64,000 nucleotides of DNA from an uncultured Hyphomicrobium sp. (GCA_964651805.1 CAZYXX010000002.1:281516-345515), one strand, 5' to 3'. Shown: positions 37,097-46,621, counted from the stretch's first letter. Numbers and translations: made by a program. Notes: generated by a model not told the origin, from the sequence alone.

Positions 37097-38920
37097 TTAT
37101 GCCGCAGCCGCGTCTGTGCCGGGTTTGGGCGTGGTGCTCGTGTCCGAGATGCGGGACGCGACCAGAGCGGCGCGTGCTTGAATGTCATCGAAGCGCGATG
37201 CGGTTGCGATCTGGCTTCGATCCTCAATGTCATTAGGGGCAATTCCTCGCTCTCCGAGCGTGCGTGTCATAATGGTTGCGGCCGGAAAGATGGCCTTAGC
37301 TCTGCGGCTCAGCAATGATGCTTGTTTCACGTCAAGGAGCCCGACATTGACGATGATGACCGTATCGGGTTCGGTGTTGCGCTGATCTGACTTGAAGGTC
37401 GAAAGCGCCGTTATTCCGCTCGTCGTTCCAGCGGCGACAGCCAGGCCAGGTCGTTCCCGGTTGATGCACATCGCGATGGCTTTGGCGGCGACAATGTCAA
37501 TCGGGCCGCGAGCCGGAACCACGAGGATAGGAGGTTCGGACTCGTGATCTTCCGCGCGCGTTTCCTGGACGTTGCCGTCGAGTAATTCGAGGACGTCGAG
37601 CAGGGTATCGTCCAGTGCTTCGAGCGTCGCTGCGTCAAGCCGGCCTAATTTGTGGTCGACCGCGGCCATTTTCAGCGCTGGCAACACGATCTCGTCGATG
37701 GCCACGTTGTTCGATTTGGTGTCTTCGATCGCTTCCAATTGGTTCAAGGCAGAGATCACGTCGTTCGAAAGCAGTCGATGGTAAAATTCTTGGGGCGGGG
37801 TCAATGCCTGCTCGTCGCTAAGCAGAACGGTAAGGAAATTTAAGCTCGGAACGTAACGGCCGGCGACGCTGAATATCATCGTGATCGGGGCCGAAAGCAG
37901 AAGACCGAGCGGCCCCCAGACCAGCGTCCAGAAGCTGGCTGATAGGATCATTGCGAATGGCGACAGGCCGACGCGCTTGCCAAGTAACAGCGGCTCGATC
38001 ACGTGACCCATCATTGGCTCACCCAACAAGAAGAGTGCAACGGTCGCTATTGTCATGCTCCAACCGGGATCGACGGCGAGCGACAGCAGCACGGGTGGAA
38101 TTGCCGCGAGGAACGATCCGATAAACGGGATAAATCGCATTAGAAACGCGAACGCGCCCCAGAGCGCGGGATTGGGAATGCCTATCAGCCAGAGAGCGAT
38201 CGCCACAAACGTGCCGAAGCCGGCGTTGAGGAGAACGAGTGCGGTAAACAGGTTCGACAGCCGGCTGCCGGCGTCGGACATGGCTGATGTCGACGCACTT
38301 ATGTTGTCGGTTCCCGCGACGCGCACGATCCGGTCACGGATATCGCGATACTGGAAAAGCAGGAATAGCGTGAAAAGAAACGTCAGGCCGATCTGAGCGA
38401 CGGACGCTACCGCATGCTCCAGGATAGTGAAGGGTGATGCGCTGGTGTTGTTCGAGATGACAATCTTGCTGTCGGCGTTGTCATTTTGGCCAGAACTCTC
38501 GGCTGGGCGGCTAGACTTCAACTCTTGCTCGACAAGCCTTTGATAGCTTTCGATTGCGTCGATGGCGCGCTGCAGCGCGCCGCCGGACACGACTTGGCTC
38601 GACACGTCTTTCAGCTTGGTGGCGACGTTCGACTGGTATTGCGGGAGGCTTGCCGTAAGGCCGAGAAGCTGTGTGCTCATGGCGTAGGACGCCACGCCGA
38701 CCAAGCCGGTTGTCGTGCCGAGGACCAGCAGTATCGCGACGGTCTGTGGAATGCGGCGGCGCATCAGTGCGTCGACGACCGGCGACAGGATGAAGCAGAG
38801 AATGGCCGCAAGTGTGAGCGGGATAAGTATATCCTGGCCGAACACGAGCGCGGCTACCACGATCGCCGCAGTTATCAGCGACGACGTCAGGCTTCCAAGC
38901 GAAGCCGCGAACAGGGGCAT
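37097..38920 (-). CDS. AI-2E (PerM/UPF0118) family transporter with C-terminal cytoplasmic extension
   Basis: GQDILIPLTLA, GIPNPALWG..RFIPFIG, IEPLLLGKRVGLSP; GGAAGGAG RBS before ATG 38920. Confidence 0.9.
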   Translation of the reverse strand: MPLFAASLGSLTSSLITAAIVVAALVFGQDILIPLTLAAILCFILSPVVDALMRRRIPQTVAILLVLGTTTGLVGVASYAMSTQLLGLTASLPQYQSNVATKLKDVSSQVVSGGALQRAIDAIESYQRLVEQELKSSRPAESSGQNDNADSKIVISNNTSASPFTILEHAVASVAQIGLTFLFTLFLLFQYRDIRDRIVRVAGTDNISASTSAMSDAGSRLSNLFTALVLLNAGFGTFVAIALWLIGIPNPALWGAFAFLMRFIPFIGSFLAAIPPVLLSLAVDPGWSMTIATVALFLLGEPMMGHVIEPLLLGKRVGLSPFAMILSASFWTLVWGPLGLLLSAPITMIFSVAGRYVPSLNFLTVLLSDEQALTPPQEFYHRLLSNDVISALNQLEAIEDTKSNNVAIDEIVLPALKMAAVDHKLGRLDAATLEALDDTLLDVLELLDGNVQETRAEDHESEPPILVVPARGPIDIVAAKAIAMCINRERPGLAVAAGTTSGITALSTFKSDQRNTEPDTVIIVNVGLLDVKQASLLSRRAKAIFPAATIMTRTLGERGIAPNDIEDRSQIATASRFDDIQARAALVASRISDTSTTPKPGTDAAAA

Positions 38921-38957
38921 GCCGGCTGACTCCTTCCCACACTCCAGCGAATGAGCA

Positions 38958-38982
38958 AACGGTTGTCGGCGTGACTTGTTCC
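38958..38982 (-). promoter_or_regulatory. EcfG promoter for the AI-2E transporter
   Basis: Minus strand GGAAC-N16-CGTT. Confidence 0.75.
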
Positions 38983-39025
38983 TCGGCCGCATAAATTCGA
39001 TTGAACGATTTCGTAGTGCGAAACG

Positions 39026-39051
39026 GGAACCGGAGTGTTTTCGGGGTCGTT
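39026..39051 (+). promoter_or_regulatory. EcfG promoter for ORF 39067
   Basis: GGAAC-N17-CGTT. Confidence 0.78.
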
Positions 39052-39066
39052 GCGGGATGAGGTGCG

Positions 39067-39432
39067 ATGAGCCTGCGCATTCAATGCTTTGGCGCGTTGG
39101 GAGCGCGTGGGCGTCAAAACGAGGATGTCGTGAACAAGAAGCTTCCGTCGCGCTCGGACTCCTGCCAAAGCGCCCGTGCTTTGCTGGCAGCGCGAGATGA
39201 AATCAGGAAACTCAAGACCAAGGTGCGCCGAAGTGTCAGCGAGCGCGGTGCGCGCGGAAAGTCCGCTATAGGGCAATCGATCGAGGCGCGAGAGATTCAG
39301 CAGAAAATCGCACGTCTGGAAGCAAAGCTCTCTCGCGTTGAAATGATGGAAGCCGGCGCGAAGAAGAGTAATCGCTGGCGTCGGCTGAGGCATGAATTCG
39401 AGGCGGTCCGCAGAGCGGTCGATGCCAAGTGA
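39067..39432 (+). CDS. Hypothetical basic coiled-coil protein
   Basis: GAGGT RBS and an EcfG promoter 15 nt upstream; K/R-rich helical composition. Confidence 0.6.
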   Translation: MSLRIQCFGALGARGRQNEDVVNKKLPSRSDSCQSARALLAARDEIRKLKTKVRRSVSERGARGKSAIGQSIEAREIQQKIARLEAKLSRVEMMEAGAKKSNRWRRLRHEFEAVRRAVDAK

Positions 39433-39475
39433 TGATCCGCCTCCCGTTGAAATCCTGCCCGTTCGAACAAGAGGT

Positions 39476-40222
39476 TTAAATGAGCGGACGGAGTACGGGA
39501 CCTACGCCTTCATAGCCGGATATCTGTGCCAGTTTGGCCTCGTCGATAATTTCAAGCGTCGAGCTTTGCCATTTCACAAGGCGTTGCGATACGAGCTTAT
39601 TGAGCGTCTTGTTCGTGTGCACGAGAGACAGGCCGAGTGCATCGGCCAAGTGCTGCTGCGTAATGGGCAGCTTGAGTTTTGCGCCAGTGACGAGGCCTAC
39701 ATGCCGGGCTCGAGTGAAAATGTCGAGCAAAACGCAGCCCATTTTTTCGATCGCCGTTCGTCGTCCGATTGTCAGGAGTTGTTCGTCCAGTAGCCGTTCA
39801 CTGCGTGATGCGAGCCAAGTCAAATCATAAGCCAGTGCCGGATGCTTCGCGTACAAATCCCATAGTTTGTCGCGTGGGAACACGCAAAGGACCATCTGCG
39901 AAAGAGCTTCTACCGAATGTTGCATTTCATTGAAGGTGGAATTCTGAAGGCCGAGAAAATCGCCCGGAAATACGAAGTTCAGGATCTGCCGGCGGCCGTC
40001 CTCCAGTGTCTTATAGCGAAACGCCCAGCCCGACAGGACGGTGAAGAGATGAGGGTTTGATGTTCCTTCCATCAGGATCGTTGCGCCCGGGTCCGTCACA
40101 AATTCTCCGGACTTGAACTCCTCAACAAAGCTCAATTCACCGGGTGAGATGGCACGGAAGATCTCGAGCGCCTTAAGAGGACATTTGCGGCAGGGTGTTT
40201 GACGCGGCACGGCGGCGGGCAT
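39476..40222 (-). CDS. Crp/Fnr family transcriptional regulator
   Basis: PCRKCPL N-terminus; cNMP barrel DGRRQILNFVFPGDFLG; HTH QQHLADALGLSLVHTNKTL. Confidence 0.92.
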   Translation of the reverse strand: MPAAVPRQTPCRKCPLKALEIFRAISPGELSFVEEFKSGEFVTDPGATILMEGTSNPHLFTVLSGWAFRYKTLEDGRRQILNFVFPGDFLGLQNSTFNEMQHSVEALSQMVLCVFPRDKLWDLYAKHPALAYDLTWLASRSERLLDEQLLTIGRRTAIEKMGCVLLDIFTRARHVGLVTGAKLKLPITQQHLADALGLSLVHTNKTLNKLVSQRLVKWQSSTLEIIDEAKLAQISGYEGVGPVLRPLI

Positions 40223-40315
40223 GGCAGTCCTTCAGCAATTTCTGGCGTCTAATGCGCTCAGGTAAATTTGGTTCGGTCGTTCGCCGCGGGAGGGCGTCAA
40301 AACACCGATATCCTG

Positions 40316-40341
40316 GGAACCGATGGGTGAAAAGCGGCGTT
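40316..40341 (+). promoter_or_regulatory. EcfG promoter for the DUF1328 gene
   Basis: GGAAC-N17-CGTT. Confidence 0.8.
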
Positions 40342-40381
40342 GTGAAAGTTACAGGAGCTGCATAGGTATTCGGAGATCGAA

Positions 40382-40555
40382 ATGGGCAATCTGCTTCACT
40401 ATGCGATCGTCTTCTTGGTTGTGGCGCTCGTTGCTGCGTTTCTCGGATTTGGCAGCGTGGCGGGAACTGCGATGGAAGGTGCGCGCATTCTGTTCTGGGT
40501 CGCGATCGTTCTGTTTGTCGTATCGCTGATTGCTGGGCTTTTTCGAAGAGCGTAG
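40382..40555 (+). CDS. DUF1328/UPF0391 small membrane protein, 57 aa (not in ORF track)
   Basis: Hand translation [57 protein letters not shown]; GGAG RBS. Confidence 0.9.
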   Translation: MGNLLHYAIVFLVVALVAAFLGFGSVAGTAMEGARILFWVAIVLFVVSLIAGLFRRA

Positions 40556-40664
40556 CCTTATCAAGGGGCAGAGGCGCGCGATCGCGTCGTTATGAATCGG
40601 CCGGGGCCTCGCGCACCGGCCGGTTTGTCGTTGCGAACGGTATCTTGCTAGAGGACCTGAGCCG

Positions 40665-42065
40665 ATGAAAAGGCGAACGCGGGCAAAGTCAGCGGCAAGG
40701 CTTCTCATGATCCTTGCGGCCTTGCTGGTGCCAACGCTGTCGCTGTTGCCGCTCGGCGGCCTGTACCTCTACGAAAATGGCTACCTTCTCATCTGGGCGG
40801 GTCTCGCGCTCGTTGTGATCATCATCGTGTATGCGTTCGAGCGGTGGATTTTTGTGTCGACTGCGGTCGTGCCCGAGGTCGAGCCAGATTCCAACACGGC
40901 TCAGTCGCGCAGCTACAATGCGCTTGAGGAAAAAGCTTGGACGGACGTTCGGTTGCTGGCACGGTCGACCGACATCGAAAAGCTTGGCGATATACAGTCC
41001 GTGCTCGACCTTGGCCAGAAGACGGTCGAGACCGTTGCCCGGCGGCTTCATCCCGCTTCTTCTGACGCAGTCTGGCGCTTCACGCTACCTGAAGCCCTTA
41101 CTATCACGTCGCGTGTCAGCGCGGAGCTGTCTGAATTCGTCAACCAAAACCTACCCTTTGGTGATCGGCTGACGGTTTCGCAATTCCTGCAGGTCTACAG
41201 GTGGCGTTATCTCGCCGACGTCGCGGAGCGCGCATACGACATCTGGCGCGTTCTGCGTTTGGTCAATCCTGCAACCGCCGTAACGAACGAGGCGCGGGAG
41301 CGGCTGTCGCGTGCGCTGCTGTCGTGGAGCCGCGAGAAGATTACAAGACGTCTTGTCGAGGAGTACGTCGAACGCGTCGGCGAGGCCGCGATCGACCTCT
41401 ATGGCGGGCGATTGCGGGTTTCGGATGAAATATCGACGGCATCTGCCGCACCCCCGATTGGTAGCGACGCGGTAGGTCAGGCGTATCACCTCAGGGTGCT
41501 GCTCGTCAGCCGCGACGATAGACTGCGTTCGTCCGTTCGCGCGTTGCTTCGCGTCGGTCTCGGCAGAGCTATCGAGGGTGGTAGCAACTATCTCTTCGAG
41601 CTGGAGGAAGCCGCAACCTTGGCTCCGGTCCGGGTGAGAGAATACGACATGCTCGTTTTCTTGACGCCGGCGGATGAGACGGGTTTGGCGGAAGCGACGC
41701 TTGGAGACGATGTTCTCAAGCTGCTGGAAGCGGACGACGAAGCCACGCTACCTCCCGTCGCGATCGTCGCGATTTATGCCTTTCCTGATACTGTGCGTTA
41801 CGCTGAGAGTGTTGGACGCGATACGGGCTCTGCCAGCGTGCCGGCATCGGTCGTCGACTTGTCGATTGGGACAGAGCTGGACATGGCGGCCATCATACCG
41901 CTGCTTGCGCGCATGCGGCAGCTTGCGCCGAGTGCGGCGCGTGTTCACGCCGTCAGAACAAGGGCCGCGATGCGGGGGCGGCCGTGGACCCACTCTATCG
42001 TCCAGGCCGGTCGCGCCGCCGGCTCGCTCATCGGTAAGGTTGGCCGCAGCATCATCACGAGGTGA
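40665..42065 (+). CDS. Two-TM hypothetical protein, resembles membrane-anchored GTPase family but with degenerate P-loop
   Basis: N-terminal TMs; helical domain AYDIWRVLRLVNP...VGEAAIDLYGGRL; then LRVLLVSRDDRLRSS where a Walker A would be expected. Confidence 0.55.
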   Translation: MKRRTRAKSAARLLMILAALLVPTLSLLPLGGLYLYENGYLLIWAGLALVVIIIVYAFERWIFVSTAVVPEVEPDSNTAQSRSYNALEEKAWTDVRLLARSTDIEKLGDIQSVLDLGQKTVETVARRLHPASSDAVWRFTLPEALTITSRVSAELSEFVNQNLPFGDRLTVSQFLQVYRWRYLADVAERAYDIWRVLRLVNPATAVTNEARERLSRALLSWSREKITRRLVEEYVERVGEAAIDLYGGRLRVSDEISTASAAPPIGSDAVGQAYHLRVLLVSRDDRLRSSVRALLRVGLGRAIEGGSNYLFELEEAATLAPVRVREYDMLVFLTPADETGLAEATLGDDVLKLLEADDEATLPPVAIVAIYAFPDTVRYAESVGRDTGSASVPASVVDLSIGTELDMAAIIPLLARMRQLAPSAARVHAVRTRAAMRGRPWTHSIVQAGRAAGSLIGKVGRSIITR

Positions 42066-42086
42066 CTCAGCTCAAGCGGAGCGGGC

Positions 42087-42112
42087 GGAACAAACGCGAG
42101 CGGTTCTGCGTT
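42087..42112 (+). promoter_or_regulatory. EcfG promoter for the 42160-43001 gene pair
   Basis: GGAAC-N17-CGTT. Confidence 0.8.
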
Positions 42113-42159
42113 TCCGCGGCGAAGGCAGAAAATTCGCGTCATTTTAAGGAGAGCAGGCC

Positions 42160-42444
42160 ATGAATCGTTCCGCCTCGTATCAAAAGGACATCGAAACGAA
42201 GGTCGTCAGGGGTGCGGAAGAGGCGCTGAGTACCGCTGGGCACTACGCGGAAAAAGCGATCGACGCGGCTCAGAGCACGGCGAAGTCGGTTGCAGATCAG
42301 GGCCGCGATGTGGGTGAGCGCGTCAACGAGGTCGCAGGAAACTTCAAGACCGCATTGGACAAGTCCGTCACGACCCAACCGTTGACTACGCTCGTCACTG
42401 CGGCCGCCGTTGGCTTCGTACTCGGTGCGTTGTGGAAGTCGTGA
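42160..42444 (+). CDS. ElaB/YqjD (DUF883)-like tail-anchored stress protein
   Basis: Helical body ending QPLTTLVTAAAVGFVLGALWK; AGGAG RBS. Confidence 0.8.
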   Translation: MNRSASYQKDIETKVVRGAEEALSTAGHYAEKAIDAAQSTAKSVADQGRDVGERVNEVAGNFKTALDKSVTTQPLTTLVTAAAVGFVLGALWKS

Positions 42445-42488
42445 CGCTCCACGATTCGCACTAGGCATTTTCAACGCCCGAGGGAGAG

Positions 42489-43001
42489 ATGGCGATGTTC
42501 GGCGCACTCGTGCGGCGCGCGCAGCACACAATCGACAATGCGATTGAAAACGCGGTTACCCGCGCGCTCGTCGCCATACCGTTCCTCGTTGCAGTAGGTT
42601 TTCTTACCGTCGCGGCCAGTATTCGATTGACCGCAATGTATGGAGCGGAGACAGCGTACCTCATCCTCGCGGGCGTCTACGCATTCCTCGGACTTTTTGG
42701 ACTTGCGATTACGAACGCACGGTCGGTGAACCCGAGCGAGCCACCGGCAGCTGAAGCTGTTGAAACCGAGTCGGAGGAGGCCGCAAGCGAGGAAGCTACG
42801 GCAGACAGTTTCTCAAGCGCGGATCGGGAACTTCTTGTCGCGGCACTTACCTCGGCAGCACCCATCGCGTTGCCGTCCGTGCTTCGCGTCCTATATCGCA
42901 ACCTGCCAGTCGTGCTGGCTTTGTTAGCAACCGCACTCTTGTATTTGGGTGGCGAAGACGCTGAGGGCAGTGGCGAAAGCGCGCCGGTTCCGGCTGAATA
43001 G
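42489..43001 (+). CDS. Membrane protein, YqjE/phage-holin-3_6-like
   Basis: Two TM helices, acidic linker, third hydrophobic segment; follows the DUF883-like gene as in yqjDE-type pairs. Confidence 0.55.
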   Translation: MAMFGALVRRAQHTIDNAIENAVTRALVAIPFLVAVGFLTVAASIRLTAMYGAETAYLILAGVYAFLGLFGLAITNARSVNPSEPPAAEAVETESEEAASEEATADSFSSADRELLVAALTSAAPIALPSVLRVLYRNLPVVLALLATALLYLGGEDAEGSGESAPVPAE

Positions 43002-43005
43002 CCCA

Positions 43006-43030
43006 GGAACCATAGCGGTGGCGGCACGTT
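43006..43030 (+). promoter_or_regulatory. EcfG promoter for nepR-ecfG
   Basis: GGAAC-N16-CGTT. Confidence 0.85.
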
Positions 43031-43120
43031 GGACAGTCGCTATTTCCGAGCTAGGTTGTTTCGATTTTGCGGCCGGGGAGAGCTCAAGGAATGGCTGACA
43101 GAGAAACCAAGAAACCGGAA

Positions 43121-43291
43121 ATGACCGACACAACGACTACGGGTTCGGAGGAACAGATTAGCCTTCCAGAGGAAGTCCAATCGAGGTTGGGCAAGGAGTT
43201 GCGCAACGTCTACGGCAAACTTCTCGCTGAACCTCTGCCCGATCGCTTTTCCGAGCTTCTGAAGAAGCTCGCGACCGACGAAAGCAAGTGA
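43121..43291 (+). CDS. nepR: Anti-sigma factor NepR (alternative start 43091)
   Basis: RLGKELRNVYGKLLAEPLPDRFSELLKKL; overlaps the start of ecfG. Confidence 0.9.
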   Translation: MTDTTTTGSEEQISLPEEVQSRLGKELRNVYGKLLAEPLPDRFSELLKKLATDESK

Positions 43292-43842
43292 TGGACGATC
43301 AGGCGAGTCAACAGTTTCAGGAAGATCTGGCGTCGTTCGTGCCGAACTTGCGCGCCTTCGGTCGCTCGCTTTGCGGCAACGCCGACCACGCCGACGACCT
43401 CGTGCAAGAGACTCTCGTCAAGGCATGGAAGAACCGCGACAGTTTTGCGCAGGGATCGAACCTGAAGGCGTGGCTGTTCACAATCCTGCGCAACTCGTTT
43501 CTTTCGGAGCGTAGGAAGCTGAAGAATGAGGTACGCGATCTCGATGGCGAGTACGCGGCGCGTTCAGCGGTCAGTCCAGCACAATCGGGCCACATGGACC
43601 TCATCGATTTCGAGAAGGCTCTTTCCGAGCTGCCCTCCGACCAGAAGGAGGCGCTGCTCCTAGTTGGCGCAGAAGGGTTTTCATACGAGGACGCGGCGCT
43701 CATGTGTGGTTGTGCGGTTGGAACGATCAAAAGCCGCGTTAACCGCGCGCGCAGCAAGCTTGCCGAGCGCCTCGGTATTGAGGGGGCAAGCGATTACGGA
43801 AACGATGCGCAAGCGCATTGGGCTCGTTCAGCCGTAAAGTAA
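43288..43842 (+). CDS. ecfG: ECF sigma factor EcfG (ECF15)
   Basis: NLRAFGRSLCGNADHADDLVQETLVKAW; NLKAWLFTILRN; CAVGTIKSRVNRAR. Confidence 0.93.
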   Translation: MMDDQASQQFQEDLASFVPNLRAFGRSLCGNADHADDLVQETLVKAWKNRDSFAQGSNLKAWLFTILRNSFLSERRKLKNEVRDLDGEYAARSAVSPAQSGHMDLIDFEKALSELPSDQKEALLLVGAEGFSYEDAALMCGCAVGTIKSRVNRARSKLAERLGIEGASDYGNDAQAHWARSAVK

Positions 43843-43881
43843 CTGTCTGTTCCTAAATAATAAATTTTTATGCTCTCGGAC

Positions 43882-43907
43882 GGAACCAGCGCGCCTTCAG
43901 CAGCGTT
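43882..43907 (+). promoter_or_regulatory. EcfG promoter for phyR
   Basis: GGAAC-N17-CGTT. Confidence 0.85.
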
Positions 43908-43946
43908 GTACAGAGGTTTCGCATGACCACGCACAGGGGATCTTGC

Positions 43947-44756
43947 ATGTCGCTTGCTGACTTGATCGGCCCAGAATTGCCGTTCCTGCGCCGCTTCGCC
44001 CGAGCCTTGGGTGGCTCTCAGGAACGCGGCGACGCTTACGTCGTTGCCACTCTAGAGACGCTCGTTGCGGATCCGAGAAGTTTCCGGAGCGATCTCAAGC
44101 CGCGTGTCGCGCTCTACAAATGCTTCCTTAGCATCTGGAACGCCATGCCGATCAACGCAGAAGTCGAGCCGGCCGGATCGGATATCATTTCGGCGGCCGA
44201 TCGGCGGATCGAATCGATCACGCCTTTGCCGCGCCAGGCGTTCCTGTTGGCGGCGGTGGAGGAGTTCTCACCCGCTGATATCGCCGTGCTGCTCGATCGC
44301 AGCGAGGATGAGGTTGCGGCGCTTATCGATGAAGCAGCGGCTGAAATCGCCGATCAGATCTCGGCTCGCGTGCTCATCATTGAGGATGAACCGCTGATCG
44401 CGCTCGATATCGAGAATATCGTTCGGGAGATTGGCCATGACGTGGTTGCGATCGCCGCTACACACAAAGAAGCGACCGCCGAGGCGGCGCGCACCAAACC
44501 CAATATCGTCCTTGCCGACATTCAGCTGGCCGACGGCAGCTCAGGCATCGATGCGGTCAACGAAATACTCCTGAATTTGAACGTGCCGGTTGTCTTCATC
44601 ACGGCCTATCCGGAGCGGTTGCTGACGGGCGAGAGACCGGAGCCCGCATTCCTAATGACCAAGCCGTTCCGTGCCGAAATGGTGAAGGCAGTTGTAAGCC
44701 AAGCTCTTTTCTTCGACGTAAAGGCGGGACCGGCGCGAACCGGGGCGGCGGCGTAA
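43947..44756 (+). CDS. phyR: Anti-anti-sigma response regulator PhyR
   Basis: Sigma-like domain LPFLRRFARALGGSQERGDAYV plus C-terminal receiver ADIQLADGSSG...FITAYPERLLTG. Confidence 0.95.
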   Translation: MSLADLIGPELPFLRRFARALGGSQERGDAYVVATLETLVADPRSFRSDLKPRVALYKCFLSIWNAMPINAEVEPAGSDIISAADRRIESITPLPRQAFLLAAVEEFSPADIAVLLDRSEDEVAALIDEAAAEIADQISARVLIIEDEPLIALDIENIVREIGHDVVAIAATHKEATAEAARTKPNIVLADIQLADGSSGIDAVNEILLNLNVPVVFITAYPERLLTGERPEPAFLMTKPFRAEMVKAVVSQALFFDVKAGPARTGAAA

Positions 44757-44761
44757 GCGTT
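44736..44761 (+). promoter_or_regulatory. Near-consensus EcfG promoter for the HWE kinase
   Basis: CGAAC-N17-CGTT (one mismatch). Confidence 0.5.
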
Positions 44762-44839
44762 ACCAAATTTGCCAACGTCGCCGGCAAAGAGCGACCAACG
44801 AAGATTGTCAGATGATCTAGCAGTGTCGAGAACAGGCCT

Positions 44840-46621
44840 ATGAGAGGCGCAAGCCCGTTTCTCGATTCCCCGGACGGAATGCTTTCACGGATGGCAGAGC
44901 AGCTGCTGACGGTCAGCGGCGACTGCGTGAAAGTCATTTCAGCAGATGGCCGCGTTCTTCACATCAATGAGGCGGGCCGGCGATTGCTCGAGGTCGAGAA
45001 CGGCGAGAGCGTCGTTGGTCAGGACTGGATCAGCACATGGCCCGAAAACGCCCAGCCCGATGTCAGGAAAGCGTTTGACGCGGCACTATCGGGTTTAGTT
45101 CACCGCTTCTCTGCTGCATGTCCGACGGCATCAGGGACGCTCAAATACTGGGATGTCGTCGCCAGCCCGTTGACGCGGGCCGATGGATGCATCGATGGAG
45201 CGCTCGTTGTCTCGCGTGACAACACGGCTTCTATTCTGCTTCAAAAGGTCTTGCTTGAGAGCGAGCAGCGTTTCCGTGCGCTCGCCGACAACATGGCCCA
45301 GCTTGCCTGGATTACCGACGGGGACGGCTGGGTCTACTGGTACAATCAACGCTGGTACGATTATACGGGGACGGCGCTGGACGAGATGAAGGGCTGGGGC
45401 TGGCAGAAGGTCCTTCACCCGGATTTCGTTGAGCGCGTATCTGTTAAGATCAAGGCGTGCTTTGCGAGCGGTGAACCCTGGGAAGATACGTTTCCACTGC
45501 GCGACAAGGATGGTCGTTACCGGTGGTTCCTGTCGCGCGCAAACCCTGTGCGGGATGGTGCGGGCAAGATCGTTCTTTGGTGCGGAACCAATACCGATAT
45601 TACGGAGCAGAGGGAGCTGAGCTTGCGCCTTCGGCAGCTGGCGCGGCTCGTGGAGCTTTCTCACGAAGCGATCATGGTTTCAGATACCAGTGGCGACGTG
45701 GTGTTGTGGAACAAGGGATGCGAAGACGTCTACGGGTACACACGCGCTGAAGCCATCGGCAAACGCCCGGATGAGCTTCTTCACACGCGCTATCCCGTGG
45801 ACCGGCAGCGCTTCCTGCAGGAAATTCTGGAAAGCCGGAGCTGGCGCGGCGAGATTGAGCAGGTCTCAAAATCAGGAACGGTATTGTGGATCGAGACCCG
45901 GCTTGAGGTGCTCGAGTTCGACGGGGCGACGTTCGTTCTGGAAACGAACCGCGATGCGACCGAACGGAAAGCGGCGGAGCGGTCGCAATCGATCCTCATC
46001 GGGGAGCTCAATCACCGGGTCAAAAACACGTTGGCGATCGTTCAATCGATCGTCACGCTAATGGCGAAGCGCACCACGGATGTCGGGCGTTTCGTTGCGG
46101 ATTTCCGGCGGCGCCTTCAGTCTCTGGCGTTTGCGCACGATCTGTTGACCGAAGCGCAGTGGAAAGGTGCCGAGCTGTCGGAGCTGGTCAAATTTGAAGC
46201 GGAGGCCAGGATCCTGGAGGCAGGCCGCTTTCGCGTACGCGGGGACCCTGTGTTCCTGCCGCCGCAGCTTGCGATCCACTTTGCGCTTATTGTTCATGAG
46301 CTAACGAATAATGCCGTCGAGCATGGTGCGCTTAGCGGAGGCTTGGGCGTCGTGAATGTGACCTGGGCGATCACTGGAAAGGACGAACTGACCGTCGAAT
46401 GGCGCGAGACAGGCGGCCCAAGGCCGGCTGGCGGTAGGCCGAGTGGATATGGAACGACGCTGATCGACCGCCTGGGCAGCCTGCCGCATTTGCGCACGCA
46501 GCTTTCGTTCAACGACGATGGCTTTGCCTGCATTATGAAAATCAGACTGCCAGCGGAGCAGAGCAGTAATCCCAGCGACTATTTCGATGTTACCAGCGGG
46601 CGCCGCGCGCGTCCGCTCTGA
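44840..46621 (+). CDS. Triple-PAS HWE-family histidine kinase
   Basis: Three PAS repeats; ELNHRVKN, HELTNNAVEHGAL, VEWRETGGP. Confidence 0.93.
   Translation: MRGASPFLDSPDGMLSRMAEQLLTVSGDCVKVISADGRVLHINEAGRRLLEVENGESVVGQDWISTWPENAQPDVRKAFDAALSGLVHRFSAACPTASGTLKYWDVVASPLTRADGCIDGALVVSRDNTASILLQKVLLESEQRFRALADNMAQLAWITDGDGWVYWYNQRWYDYTGTALDEMKGWGWQKVLHPDFVERVSVKIKACFASGEPWEDTFPLRDKDGRYRWFLSRANPVRDGAGKIVLWCGTNTDITEQRELSLRLRQLARLVELSHEAIMVSDTSGDVVLWNKGCEDVYGYTRAEAIGKRPDELLHTRYPVDRQRFLQEILESRSWRGEIEQVSKSGTVLWIETRLEVLEFDGATFVLETNRDATERKAAERSQSILIGELNHRVKNTLAIVQSIVTLMAKRTTDVGRFVADFRRRLQSLAFAHDLLTEAQWKGAELSELVKFEAEARILEAGRFRVRGDPVFLPPQLAIHFALIVHELTNNAVEHGALSGGLGVVNVTWAITGKDELTVEWRETGGPRPAGGRPSGYGTTLIDRLGSLPHLRTQLSFNDDGFACIMKIRLPAEQSSNPSDYFDVTSGRRARPL

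Noticed and set aside
40251-40275. CGAAC-N16-CATT upstream of the Crp/Fnr gene (minus strand)
   Set aside because: Two mismatches to consensus; not distinguishable from chance without TSS data
25009-43001. Prophage remnant suggested by the GH24 lysozyme plus a holin-like membrane protein
   Set aside because: The two genes are 17 kb apart with housekeeping genes between them; no integrase, capsid, terminase or tail genes; the holin-like gene fits a YqjDE-type stress pair under EcfG
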